Source: an uncultured bacterium
GTDB taxonomy: Bacteria; Verrucomicrobiota; Verrucomicrobiia; Limisphaerales; UBA8199
DNA length: 64,000 nucleotides
NCBI GenBank assembly: GCA_963749495.1
Contig: CAVVMW010000004.1
Location: forward strand, 480,001-544,000
Direction: 5' to 3'
The notes under the pieces were generated by a model. That model had not been told where the DNA came from, made no database searches, and worked only from the letters and a program-made list of their open reading frames with translations. Below are positions 44,018 to 56,400 of the stretch, piece by piece (the first letter of the stretch is position 1; every line of letters begins with the position of its first letter). The position numbers and the translations under genes were made by a program.

Positions 44018-44194
44018 CTTCCGCCCCTTACAGGGCGGAGGAACGCCTCTTTCGGCTCCTACCTGGGGCTCCGCGCTGGGCGCTTCACCCCAGGCTTTCA
44101 CATTGCGGGCCTTCGGCCCTCTTGTTGCGCAGACTACTCCAGGAATTTCTGGGCAGCATTCCGTGCTTGCTACGCACACGCCGCCCCATAGCAT

Positions 44195-47009
44195 ATGGCC
44201 GCAATGGGCGAGACCGATGACCTGTTCTCCTTTGCCTGCGCAGCGCCCGGAGTTCAGCTTTGCCGGCAGGTTGCGGTGCGTTTGCGGCTTGGGTGCGAGA
44301 TCCTTGGGTTGTGTGGGTTCCTGTTGCTGGGGGCAGCCGCATGGGGGCAGGCGAACTCGCCCTGGCCAAGGCTCGAAGAGGTGATCATCGTTTCCAAGAC
44401 CCATTTCGACATCGGCTACACCGATTTGGCCAGCAAGGTGGTGGATCGATACCGGACCACGATGGCCGACCAGGCCCTGAAGCTGGTCGAGGAGAGCCGG
44501 TCCCTGCCGCCGGATCAGCAGTTCTCCTGGACCTTGGCCGGCTGGCCCATGGCCCAGATTCTGTGGCCGGGCCAAACGCCCGAGCGGCGCGGCCAGTTCC
44601 TGGCCGCGATGCGCGCCGGCCGGCTGGTTCCCCACGCCCTGGCATTCACCACGCACACCGAATCGCTGGACCTGGAGGACCTCACACGGGGGCTCAGGTA
44701 TTCGGTCGAGCTGGCGAGGCTGGCCGGACAACCGCTGCCGACCGCAGCCAAGATGACTGATGTCACCTCCCACACCCGGGTCACCGCCACGATCCTGGCG
44801 CAGGCGGGAGTCGAGTTCTTCCACCTCGGCTGTAATGAGGGCTGTTCGCATCCCGAAGTTCCCTTACTCTACTGGTGGGAAGGTCCTGACGGGTCGCGGG
44901 TATTGACCATGTGCTCGGCGGCCTACGGCTCCGACCTGTGCCCGCCGCGCGACTGGCCGCACAAGACCTGGCTCTGTATGTGGATGACGGGCGACAATCA
45001 CGGGCCGCCCAATGCCCAGGAAGTCGAGCGCCTGTTTGCCCGGGCCAAGCAGGACCTGCCGGGCGTGCGCGTGCGCTTTGGCCGGATATCGGATTTTGCG
45101 GAGGCGATCTTGCGGGAGAACCCGGAACTGCCGGTCATTCGGGGGGACATGCCCGACACGTGGATTCATGGGATTGGCTCGATGCCCATCGAGACCCAGT
45201 TGGCGCACACCACGCGGCCGCGGATTGCGGCCTTGGAGGCGCTTGACACATTGCTGGAGGTTTGGGGCGCTTCAACAGGCTCCGCTGCCGAGGCCGTCCG
45301 CGAGGCCTATGAGAACACCTTGCTCTTTGGCGAACACACCTGGGGGCCGGATGTGCCGCGCTATGCCGGTTACGCCTACGGGGACGAGTGGAAAAAGAAA
45401 CTCGCCGCCGGCGATTACAGATTCCTGCTGGAGGGATTCGACCAGAAAGGGGCATACGCGCGCAAAGCCGCCGCGCTGGTCGAGCATGGGATTGAACAGC
45501 GTATGGCCAGTTTGGCGGCAGCCGTCAATGTGGCTGGACGGCGGATCGTGGTATTTAATCCCCTGCCTTGGGTTCGCGACGGCGCCGTCCAGGTGCCGTG
45601 GAGCGGCAGCGTGCCCTCGTTGAGGGATGTTACCAGTCAGGAAGTGGCCGCCTGTGCCCTGGACCGAGGACGGCTCCGGTTCGTCGCCCGGCGGCTGCCG
45701 CCGCTGGGATACCGGACTTTCACCATGTCGGACTCTCCAGCGCGAGAGAGAATTGCCAACGTCGCCCAAACGAATTGCCTCGAGAACGAGTTCTTCCGGG
45801 TGACACTCGATCCGGCACGGTGCGGCATTCGCTCGGTGGTTTGCACGAAAACCGGCCGGGAATTGGTCAATACCCAGTCGCCTTACGCGCTGGGGCAGTA
45901 CCTTTACGAGAGGTTCGACGCGGACCAGGCGGCCAGGTTTACCAGCGCCTACGTGACGTCCCCCACTTCGGGCGAGATGATCAGCCACGGCAAGCCCAAA
46001 TTGCCGCCGGCCAAACAGTACCCTTATTGTGCGGCCACATCTGTCGAGGCGACGCTGGAGATTCGGAGCAATGAGGTTTTCGGTCACGGCCGTGCTCAAA
46101 GCCGCGCCACGCGGCATCATCCCCGATGCCACGCAGTTGCGGGTGACGCTTTACGCGGGCCAGCCTTGGCTGGACCTGGAGTGGTCGATTACCAATAAGA
46201 CTCCCGATCCCTGGCCCGAGGGCGGGTGGCTCTGTTTCCCGTTGCGCGCCAGGGACCCGAGCTTTCGGTTGGCTCGCCTGGGCACCATCGTGGATCCGGC
46301 CAAAGACCTGGTCCGCGGCTCGAACCATGAGATTTTCTGCCTCAATGGCGGTCTGCTGGTGAGGGGCGCCGGAGGAGGCGGCACGGGCCTCTGCCCTATG
46401 GACGCGCAATTGGTGAGCCTGGAACACCCGGGGCTATGGCGTTATACACGGGATTTCGTGGCCCGGAAACCGGACGTGTTCGTGTTGTTGTTCGATAACG
46501 TGTATTCGACCAACTTCCGCCAGTGGATCGATGGCTCGTGGTCGTCCCGGGTCCGTCTCTGGGCAACCGACGAAGCCGAATCCGGTGACGAGTCGCTCAT
46601 TGGCAACTCCTGGGAGGCGCGCGTGGAATGCCTGGCGGCTGTGTCTGAGGCTGAGCCGGGCAATCTGCCGGCCGTGGCGGCGGGCTTGGCCATCACCAAG
46701 GCCGAAGCCGCAGCCCAGGCAGGGACCACGGCGACCGCCGCCCCGGCCCCGCGCGGGTTGATCCTCACTGCCTTCGGCCACAATCCGTATGGCGAAGGGA
46801 CGCTGCTGCGGCTATGGGAGCAGATTGGCGAGCCGGGCGCATACACGATCCAGTTGCCAAACGGAATGAAGGCCCACACGGCCCAGCCGTGCAACTTGCG
46901 CGGCGAAATCACAGGCCCGCCGCTCGCCATCTCGAAGAGCGGCGCTTTCAACATAAAGGCCAACCCCATGGCTCCTACCAGCGTTATCCTCCTGGGAAAT
47001 CAAAGATAA
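44195..47009 (+). CDS. GH38-like (alpha-mannosidase-type) glycoside hydrolase; frameshift near 46078
   Basis: KTHFDIGYTD, WEGPDGSRV, GDNHGPP, EHTWG, VVFNPLPW, LENEFF, TLLRLWE. Start uncertain. Confidence 0.8.
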
Positions 47010-47133
47010 CGATGGCAACCGCGAGTTCGGCTGAGGGGGCACCTGCTCGCACTCATGGCGAGTGCCCAAGAGCCTCCTCGGCACTAAGGTTGCCGTTCGC
47101 ACGGGGACCATGAACCGGAAGGGCGTGGCCCGA

Positions 47134-47234
47134 CGCGAAGCGTTTTGGACTGCGGCAGTCCTCTGCCGCTTTGTCGACCCTGGGGACACGAAAGCGCCAG
47201 AGGACTGGCGCAGTCCAAAGCCTGCGGGCTTGGC
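47134..47234. repeat. Palindromic repeat, copy of 35457-35557
   Basis: Near-identical ~100 bp; TTTGGACTGCG...CGCAGTCCAAA arms. Confidence 0.9.
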
Positions 47235-47318
47235 GGCGGTTCTTGGACAGATTTTCGCACCCTACACGCTTTTGGGATTGTGAGCCATGGGCCGAACCGC
47301 TGAATATGCCGGAGACCT

Positions 47319-49536
47319 ATGAGACTCATTACACCGTCCCTAAGCCTGAAGGCAGTTGCAACTGGTTGCCTCGCCCTGGCCACGCTCGGAGCTGAAGGCC
47401 AGGCAGACAACGGCGCGAGATGGGTGAAGCCCGCCGTGGAGCAGGTGGCCCCGGGCGTGTGGAGGGTCCGCTTTGAAACTCCGGAGCGGTTCACACCCGG
47501 CGCGATCCGGGAGGCGGGGCCACGCCTGGACGACTTGAAGCGCCTGCCGCCGCCGCCGGCGCTCCCGTTTGAGCCTGGCCAAATCCGCGGCAGGATCAGC
47601 CCGTCTCACACCGCGGTTTATGTCCCGTGCGAGGAACCCGGGGAGCAGATTTATGGGTTTGGCCTCGACCCGGGAGCTTACGAGCAAAAAGGCCTGCGCA
47701 AGTATCTGACCGTGTGCGCGGGAGTCATGGGCAAGACTGGCGCGAGCCATGGGCCAGTCCCGTTTTACGTCAGCACCAGAGGATACGGCGTCTATGTGGA
47801 TACCGCTCGGGTGCCCTTGGTTCACGTCGCGCGGTTAACAGCCAAAGATCACAATGAATCCGGCGACAGTCATCCGCCCACGCTCAAGACCAGCGAGCGC
47901 GAACTCTACGCCGCGGGCCCAACCCACGGCCGGAGCGAAGTCGTCTTCGAGCTGCAGGGCAATCCTCGAGGAGTCGAAGTCTTTGTCTTCGGGGGCCCGA
48001 CGTTGCGCGAGGCGGTGCAACGGTACAACCTCTTTTCGGGCGGTGGCGCGGTTCCACCGCTGTGGGGCCTGGGACTCAAGTACCGGACCTTCACCGGCGC
48101 CAACCAGGCCTCGGTGATGCAAGTGGCGCGCTCGTTGCGGGAGATGAAAATCCCTTGCGACATGATCGGATTGGAGCCGGGCTGGCAGTCCCATGCCTAT
48201 TCTTGTTCGCTGGCGTGGTCGAAGGAACGGTTTCCACAACCGGAGGCCATGGTCCGGGAACTCCGGCAGGCTGGGTTCGAAATCAACCTGTGGGAACACG
48301 CTTACATCCACCCGACGTCACCGTTGTACGCGCCGCTGCGCCCGCACTCCGGGGATTTCCTGGTCTGGGGCGGGCTGGTGGTGGATTTTGCCGATCCGGA
48401 GGCATCCCGGATTTTTGCCGACTATCACGACCGGGAGTTCGTCAGCCAGGGCATTTTGGGATTCAAAGCCGATGAGTGCGACAATCAGCCGCTCGAAGAC
48501 GCCACGCCTTTCAATTATCCGTATAGCTCGGTGTTCCCGTCGGGCATCAATGGCGACCAGATGACCCAGCTCTTCGGCTATTTCCAGCAGCGCGCGCTCC
48601 TGTCAGTTTTCCGAGCGCATAACCGCCGCACCTGGGGTGACGTGCGGGCGACAACGGCACTGGCCAGTCCCCTGCCGTTCAATCTTTACAGTGACGCCTA
48701 CACGTTCGACCAGTACCTCCGCCAGCTCGTCAATGCTTCCTTTACCGGCTTGCTCTGGTCGCCAGAGGTGAGGGAAGCCCGTAGTTTGGACGAATTGCTG
48801 AATCGGGTGGCGATGAGCGCGTTTGCTCCGCAAATGTGCTTGAATCTATGGTTCATGCCCCACCCGCTTTGGGAACAGTATGACGGCGGGAAGAACAAGG
48901 CCCACCAATTGTTGCCTGAAGCCGAGCGTCAGGCCGTCGCCGACCGCCTGCGGTCCATCGTCAACCAGCGCTACGAGTTGCTGCCCTACCTTTATGCCTG
49001 CTTCCACCGCTACCGGACCGAGGGGCTGCCGCCCGTGCGCTCATTGCTCCTGGAGTTCCCTCAGGACCGGGAACTTCGGGCGGTGGATAACGCCTTTATG
49101 TTCGGCGACAGCCTGTTGGCCGCTCCCTTTATCGGCGAAGCCAGTTCACGAACGCTCACTCTGCCGCGAGGGGTCCGCTGGTATGAGTTGAATGCGAGCC
49201 GCTGGCATGACGGTGGCGCCGTGGTGTCGGTCACGGGAAAACCGGGCCAGATGCCCCTTTTTGTAAAGGAAAACTCGTTGTTGCCCCTGGCCGAACCGCT
49301 GCAGCACGTGGATCGCGACACGGTCTTCAAAATCACCGTGAAGGCCTACGGCAAGAAGCCCGGCGCCATTCACGCTAATCGAAGATGACGGGCAGACCTA
49401 TGATTTCGAGAAGGGGGCGTTGAGCCGCGTCGTTCTAAAATGGCAGGCCGATGGCGGCGGGAACGTTGAACGAACCGGCCCGTTTGCCGGGCGAAGGTAT
49501 GACATTGTGGCTTGGGAGCCGCAGCCTGGTCCTTGA
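47319..49536 (+). CDS. GH31 family glycoside hydrolase; frameshift near 49368
   Basis: PVPFYVS, PPLWGLG, IPCDMIGLEPGW, GFKADECD, FMFGDSLLAAP, LIEDDGQT in the shifted tail ending TGA 49536. Confidence 0.88.
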
Positions 49537-49915
49537 GAACGACCTCCGGGCTTGGTGTGGAAGGTGGGATTGACACCCAATTCCACAAGATGGCGGTCGG
49601 CAAACGAACGCAAAGCGTATGCGCGTGAGGACCGTCCGGACTCAGAACGCCTTCTGCGATCCGTGATGGGAATAGATGAGTTTCTGCACGCTACGGGGCG
49701 TTGATGCAGACCGCTCCGAGGCTTGTCCTGGATCGCCATTTCAACGAGCCGACCCGTTCTCCCCCGCCTCTCCAATGACGGTATCGAGAACCGGGATTGA
49801 CGTTCCACCTTCTGATTCGTTATTCAAGACGCCGCCCGTGACCGACTACCCTGAAAGAACTCACCGAACGAATTCGCGCTTTGCGCCCCTGAACCTCGAC
49901 GGTGCGGGCCCATCC

Positions 49916-49954
49916 CGCGATGCGTTTTGGACTGCCGCAGTCCAAAACCTCGCG
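49916..49954. repeat. Collapsed copy of the GTTTTGGACTGC palindrome
   Basis: CGCGATGCGTTTTGGACTGCCGCAGTCCAAAACCTCGCG keeps only the outer arms of 35457-35557. Confidence 0.75.
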
Positions 49955-50644
49955 GGCCTCCTCACGGGTTCATGGAGAGGGTATCCCTCCGACAACCGGC
50001 ATTCGTGTCGTTGGGGGTGGACAGCCTGGGACTCAACGAGTGGGGCGCAAATTCCCTGCGCCCGCCGGCGCGGTCGAAGCCGCCGTGGCGTTCATTCCAC
50101 TGGATTCCCCTGGTCGGTTGGCCTGCCAAAGCTCGGACAGACGATTGCCAAAGGCAAAGAAATTGGGCAGCCCTCCCCGTGCGCGACACTCGGCTGCCGG
50201 GGCCAGTTCGTCTGTCTCCGCAGCCCGTGCCGAGGTCGGCGCGTCTTTCGCGCCGCTCGCGGCAAAGTGACGCGCCGCAAATTGGAGCCCATCCGACCCA
50301 AGCCAGGCGCTCAAGCGCGGCAGGTCATGCCGGATGCCGGGGATCTCCCAATAGATGTTGTAGCCCACCTTGGTGTTCATCGCCGCGCTCTGGTAGCTGC
50401 GGTGCTGCTCCAGCGGCAGAGGCCGGGCCGGGGGATTGAAGAAGCTCATAAAGGGCCTCTCCTCGGCGGCATTCAGCCAAGGCGCCAGGAAGCTCAAGAG
50501 AAATCAAGCTCGAAGAAATCTCATGAAGCGAGGTTAAATGGTTTTCGCTCCGAGTCGAGCCGTTTGCTGCGGAAGGGCCACAGGAATCGCTATGGTCCGG
50601 AGCCTCGCGAAGCAAAACTGGAGCCGCGGGGCAGCCGCAACCAA

Positions 50645-51186
50645 AATCCGTGAAATCCGCGGAATCCGTGGTAACAACTCCCGCGAGAGACCACGGATCT
50701 CACGGATTTCACGGAGAACTCAGGGCAGGTCGCATTCCTCGTGCTCGGTGCTGACAACGCAGTCCCGTTCGTCAACGAGATTGAAATAATCGCTAATGGA
50801 CGCGAATGGACGCGAATCAGCAGGAGTATTGTGAAGGTGTCGTGGCAGGCGGAAGCTCGTTTTCATTCGCGTTTATTGGCGTTCATTCGCGGTTGCACTC
50901 AACGGGGTTGCAGGCTGGACGAGTCTATCAAAACGGGCTCTCCATTCGCGTTCATTGGCGTTCATTCGCGGTTACAGATCTAATTGCCACCGCAATGAAA
51001 TGGGGCTGCCCCAATGCCGGCCAATCCCCCCTCGGCATCGCTGAGCGGCTCTGTCTTCCGCGTATTCCGCGTATTCCGCGGTTGCGCTCAGGATTCTGCC
51101 TCGTAAATGAGATTGGTTTCCATGGCTGGCGAGCCTGGCAAAGCTCCGAAGAAGAATGAACCGCGGAACACGCGGAACACGCGGAA
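50645..51186. repeat. Cluster of triple 9-10 bp tandem repeats in inverted pairs
   Basis: (AATCCGYGR)x3 50645-50672 with inverse 50690-50715; (ATTCGCGTTC-like)x3 at 50865-50894 and 50944-50973 with inverse 50788-50817; (TTCCGCGTA)x3 51056-51083 with inverse 51159-51186. Confidence 0.85.
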
Positions 51187-51424
51187 ATGAACAGGTCTAA
51201 CGGTTACTATTCCCAATCAAAAACCACCGGAGAATACAGGTCTATTTCGGGCACCACGACGCTAATCATCGCCGTCGGGCTGCAAGCGGCGCCCGGACCA
51301 CCCAAGGCGAAATGCCGCGCTCGGGCGGGCGCGCTTTGGGATTGACTCTGGAGCTGCCGGGGTTTCACATATGGACGGCAGAAATAATCGAATATAGACC
51401 TTCTGCCGAACATTAGAATAGTCT

Positions 51425-52795
51425 ATGAAACAACACTCTCAGGTTAGTCGTCGTCGTTTCCTCCAAAGCACCGCAACCTTCGCCGGCGTGGCCGCCGGGG
51501 CGCGCTTTTTTGGCATGCCCTCGCTGCTGGCGGCAGGCTCGCCCAACTCCAAGCTGGGCGTGGCCGTCATTGCCGTGGACGGTATGGGCAACTACAGCTT
51601 TGACTGCGCCATGGGGGAGCGGTTCGTAGCCGCTTGCGACGTGGATGACAACCGGATGGCGGGCAAGCTCAAGCAGTTCACTGACCGAATCAAGGACCGG
51701 CCGGCGCCGAGAGCCTACTATGATTACCGCAAGATGCTCGAGGAGTGCCAGAAGGACATCAACGTTGTCCTCATCGCCACGCCGGACCATCACCATGCCC
51801 CGGCGGCCATCCGGGCTATTCACCTTGGCAAGGCCGTATTTTCGCAAAAGCCGCTGGCCCACAATATTTACGAGTGCTACGCCCTGGCCAAGGCGGCCCG
51901 CGAGAAGAATGTGCTGACGCAGATGGGCAACCAGGGGCATTGCAGCGATACGATCCGCAAGGCCTGCGAGTATATCTGGGCGGGCGCCGTCGGTGACGTG
52001 ACCGAGACCCACTCGCTTTTGGGGCGGAACTTCGGCGGCAGCGGCGGACGGCCCGCCAGCAAGCCGGTCCCAGCCGGACTGCACTGGGATGAATGGCTGG
52101 GGCCCGCGCCCTATCGCAACTACCATGAGGGCCTGCACCCTTTTAGCTGGCGGAGCTGGCGCCACTTCGGCACCGGGACCATCGGCGACATGGCCTGCCA
52201 CAACCTGGACGCCGTCTTTTGGGCACTCAAGATTGGCGAGGCCAAGCGCTTTACTGTCGAGTGCCTCCACAGCCAGGGCGGCAGCGAGGAAATGTACCCG
52301 CAGAGCAATATCGTGCGGTACGAAATCCCCGCCCGCGCCGGCATGGGGGCGGTCAAAGTCCATGTCTATGACAACTCCGATCTGCGGCCGGAGATCATGA
52401 AGGACGCCGAGCAGAAGTACGGCGTCAAGTTCGGCGAGGACACGCTCTTTGTCGGGGACAAGGGCCTGTTTCGCACCGGCGGCACCTGCGACTCGCTCGG
52501 GTTCCTGCCGGAAGACCGCCGCACGGAGGTTCCCGACCCTCCGAAGGTTCTGCCCCGCGCTCACGGTGGCCCCATCGAAGACCTATTCTACGCCTGTAAG
52601 AATGGAACGGTTCCGTGCTCGAATTTTCCCGGCGCCTCCGCCCCGCTGACGGCGTTTGCGCTCGCCGGCCACCTGGCCCAGTTCGCCGGGGTTGGCAAAA
52701 AGCTCGAATGGGACGTCGAGCAGATGAAGGTCATCAATATGCCCGAGATCAACCGCTACGTGCGGCGGGAATATCGGCAGGGGTGGGAGGTGTAG
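51425..52795 (+). CDS. Gfo/Idh/MocA family oxidoreductase with Tat signal
   Basis: SRRRFL; IATPDHHH; SQKPL; TQMGNQG; GDMACH; REYRQGW. Confidence 0.92.
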   Translation: MKQHSQVSRRRFLQSTATFAGVAAGARFFGMPSLLAAGSPNSKLGVAVIAVDGMGNYSFDCAMGERFVAACDVDDNRMAGKLKQFTDRIKDRPAPRAYYDYRKMLEECQKDINVVLIATPDHHHAPAAIRAIHLGKAVFSQKPLAHNIYECYALAKAAREKNVLTQMGNQGHCSDTIRKACEYIWAGAVGDVTETHSLLGRNFGGSGGRPASKPVPAGLHWDEWLGPAPYRNYHEGLHPFSWRSWRHFGTGTIGDMACHNLDAVFWALKIGEAKRFTVECLHSQGGSEEMYPQSNIVRYEIPARAGMGAVKVHVYDNSDLRPEIMKDAEQKYGVKFGEDTLFVGDKGLFRTGGTCDSLGFLPEDRRTEVPDPPKVLPRAHGGPIEDLFYACKNGTVPCSNFPGASAPLTAFALAGHLAQFAGVGKKLEWDVEQMKVINMPEINRYVRREYRQGWEV

Positions 52796-52865
52796 GAGTC
52801 TGGCCCGCACCCGTTCGCCTTGGCCGCAGGCGATTAAAGTTGCCCGGCATGCGCCCCGAGAGCTT

Positions 52866-52946
52866 TGTCCCGAAGGGACATCTGACAATAGCCCGGCGTT
52901 TCAACGCCGGTAGGGCGGAAAAAGTACCCTCGTCCCGAAGGGACGA
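52866..52946. repeat. REP-like hairpin element
   Basis: GTCCCGAAGGGAC twice, around CCGGCGTTTCAACGCCGG. Confidence 0.7.
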
Positions 52947-53455
52947 CCGAAAACACTCCCCGCTCTCCTGTGCGACCTGCCCCAACTGGAGGCACCCCTA
53001 AGCACCTGTCACCGGAGCACACCGGCCCGCGCCCGACTGGGCGCGTGCTCGGCCGGGTCCGGTGACAGAGAGATTTAGCGCTTTTCCAGTCGGACCGTAG
53101 CAAAAGCTGCGCAAACTCCCTGCTGTCTCTTTTACATAATTGGCAAGGGCCCCTTACGCCGCGCCAGTACGCTTGCCAAGCGAGTTCTCGCTTTGGCTTG
53201 TTTAGCGGACACAGGCTGGAGCGGGCGCTCCAGCGCGAGGAATCCGGTCTGGCGATTGAGGCGCGAGCCCGAATCCCTGACCGACGAAAGAACCCATGCC
53301 GCCGAGTTGGTGCTGCACGGGCCTCTGTCGGGGACCGGTTCAGACGAGGCCGGCCAGCCCGGAATACCCCCGTCTTGCGCCTGGGCGCCTGGGGGAGCCC
53401 CAAGAATGTACGTGCAAATTTGCCCTTACCGCGCCATCATCGCACGGTTTTTGTC

Positions 53456-56400
53456 ATGGGCGGCACGCATGCAGAATTGCCGATCGGTCGCCAGGTGTCC
53501 CTTCGGGGACATTTTGATCTCCCTGTTACCCTGGAATCCGCCCGGCCCCTGGGCAAGGGTTTCGAGTGCCGCGTCCGCCTGCCGGACGGCACCCTCGACG
53601 AGGCGGTCATCACCCAGGAGGAAGCCGCCGCGCTCGCCGGTGCGTCCCCGGCTCCGGAAACCAAGAGCCCCCTGGCCAACGCCGAGCAACTCCGCCTCCT
53701 CGTCGAATCCGCCCGCATTCGGCTCGCCTACGCGCACGACCGGCAGTTCGCCGTCAGCCTCTCCGGCATCCGCACGCTGCCGCACCAGATCGAAGCGGTC
53801 TATATCAAGATGCTGCCCCAGCCCCGACTCCGCTTCCTACTCGCGGACGACCCCGGCGCCGGCAAAACCATCATGGCCGGCCTCCTGATCAAGGAGATGA
53901 AGCTCCGCGAGGCCATCGAGCGCGTCCTCATCCTCTGCCCCTCACCGCTCACCATCCAATGGCAGGACGAGATGCTCCGCTGGTTCGGCGAGTCGTTCGA
54001 CATCATCTTCTCCGCGGTCGACCAGCAACAGCTCACCAATCCCTGGCAGCGGTCCAACCAGGTGATCGCGTCAATTGACTACGCCAAGCAGGACGAGGTC
54101 CGCGAGCGCGTCTGGCAGCAGCGCTGGGATCTCATCATAATCGACGAGGCCCACAAGTGCAGCGCCTACACCAAGAAATCCGCCACGCGCGGCGACGAGG
54201 CCGAAAAGACCAAACGTTACCAACTGGCCGAGCACCTTACCGCCCAGCCGGCCGGCCATGTCCTCCTGCTCACGGCCACGCCCCACCACGGCGACGACGA
54301 CCGTTTTGCTCATTTCATCCGCCTGCTTGACCCGGACCTCTTCCCGGAGCCACACCGCAACCCCGGCAAGGCTGGCGAACTCCGCCGCGAAATCCTCAGC
54401 CTCGGCCCGGACTGTCCATGGGCCCTCCGGCGGTTGAAGGAGGACTTGAAGGACCTCCAGGGCCACCGCCTGTTTCCCGACCGCCATGCCCACACCATCA
54501 CCTTCCAACTGAACCGGGACGAGTACGACCTTTACAAGGCCGTCACCGCCTATATCAACGAGTTCCTCCCGCAGGCGAGCGGTCGCAAGAAAGCCAGTGT
54601 CGCCCTGGCGCGCACCGTCCTTCAGCGCCGGTTGGCCAGTTCCACGATGGCCATCTTCGAGTCCATCCGCCGCCGCTTGGAAAAGCAGCAGGAACTGCTT
54701 GAGGAGTTGGAAAACCTCACCCCGCCTCAGCGCCCCCGCCGCCTCGCCCAACTCCAAGGCCGCCTGGACGACGCCGAGCAGGACGAGGACGATCTTGATG
54801 AGGCCCAGCGCGACCAACTCGCCGATGGCCTCACCGACGCCATCGAGCTCGACCAGCTCCGCGCCGAAATCGCCGCGTTGCAGGAACTAATCGCCCGCGC
54901 CCGGCGCGTTCGCGACCAGGGCACCGACTCCAAGCTGACCGCCCTGCACGAATGTCTCACGCGCGCCGAGTTCCACGAGCTGACCGACGGCCGCGGCAAG
55001 CTCCTCATTTTCACAGAGCACCGCGACACGCTGAGCCACCTCCGGCACCACCTCGAAAAATGGGGCTATACCCTAACCGAAATCCACGGCGGCATGAACC
55101 CCCATGAGCGCAAGCGCGCTCAGGAGGACTTCCGCACCACCAAACAAATCTGCGTCGCCACCGAAGCCGCCGGTGAAGGCATCAACCTCCAGTTCTGCCG
55201 GCTGATGATAAACTACGACCTGCCCTGGAATCCGACTCGGCTTGAACAGCGCCTCGGCCGCATCCACCGCATCGGCCAGGACCGCGATGTCCACGCCTTC
55301 AATTTCGTTGCCGCCCAGTCCGAGGAAGGCCAGGACATCGTCGAGGGCCGCATCCTCACCCGCCTGCTCGAAAAACTGGAGCAAATGCGCGAGGTCCTGG
55401 CCGACCGCGTCTTCGACGTCATCGGCGAAGTCCTCTCCCTCAACGACATCAACCTGCCAGACATTCTGCGTGAGGCCGCCCACGACCCCCGCCGCCTGCA
55501 GGAATACCTCGACCGCATCGAAAAGGTGGACCCGCAGCTCCTCCTCCATTACGAGAAGGCCACCGGCATCGCCCTCGCCCGCGCCAACGTGGACTTCTCC
55601 GGCTTCCAGCGCGCCAACGTCGAGGCCGAGGAGCGCCGCCTCATGCCCCGTTACGTTGAGGACCAGTTCGTAAAATCGTGCGCCGAAGTCGGCCTCAAGA
55701 TCGAACCCGCGCGCCGATGGCCTCTGGCGCGTCGAGCACGTCCTGGCCGACCTCCGCTCCGACCGCCTTGAATCCGTCCGCCGCCTCGGCAAGGCCGAGC
55801 CGGCCTATCGGAAGCTCACCTTCCACAAGGGCCACCTCGAAGACGACCAACACCTCGATGCCGTCCTCTTCGGTCCGGGCCACCCGCTCTACGCCGCCGT
55901 GGACGAGCGCCTTAACGAGAAGCTGGCCCCGCTCGTCGGCGGCATGGCCCTCTACCTCGACGCCGCCACTCAAAAACCCTACCGCCTCCATTTCTTCGAA
56001 ATCTCAGTGCGCGGCCAGAACACCAAGGGCGAAGCCCAAACCCTTTTCGCCGAACTGGTCGCGGTCCGCGAGAATCTGAGCATTCCGATGGCCCTCGGCG
56101 AAGTCGGCGGCGGCGAAACCCGCTATGAAATTGTCCCCGCCGATTGCCTCCTCGACCTGCCCGCCTTTCCGAATCCGCCGGAAGCCGTCGGCCGCATTGA
56201 CCCCGCCCCCGCCGCTGACTTCCTCAGAAGCACCTACCAGAGCGAACGCCGCCAGGCGTGTCAGGACGAACGCAAACATTTCGTCGAGGTCTGCCGCGAG
56301 TACCTCCAAAAGTCCTACACCGCTCGTCAGCGGGCCGCCCAGGACCGCGTCATGTCTCTCCGTGGCCGCGAGAAGTCCGACACCTCGCTCGCCATCGCCC

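Larger units (their letters stand above)
41683..44120. mobile_element. Non-autonomous palindromic cassette (~270 bp without the intron) with IS200-type tnpA stub
   Basis: 41683-41746 AGGGCCGAAGGCCCGCAATGTGAGAGCCTGGG...CCCAGGT is the inverted copy of 44061-44120; inner hairpins GCCCTGCAAGGGC and CGCCCCTTACAGGGCG. Confidence 0.75.

Noticed and set aside
49540..50640. ORFs of 96-325 aa downstream of GH31
   Set aside because: No coherent protein; at most short remnants such as AAECRARGGLPNFF on the minus strand, too weak to call.
50645..51186. CRISPR array or integron attC array
   Set aside because: Units are 9-10 bp tandem triplets in inverted pairs without regular unique spacers or cassette ORFs; no cas or integrase gene in the window.
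53478..53511. TGTCCCTTCGGGGACA as the closing arm of the repeat at 52866
   Set aside because: Only partial similarity, and it encodes a plausible helicase N-terminus (GRQVSLRGHF); cannot be separated from chance.
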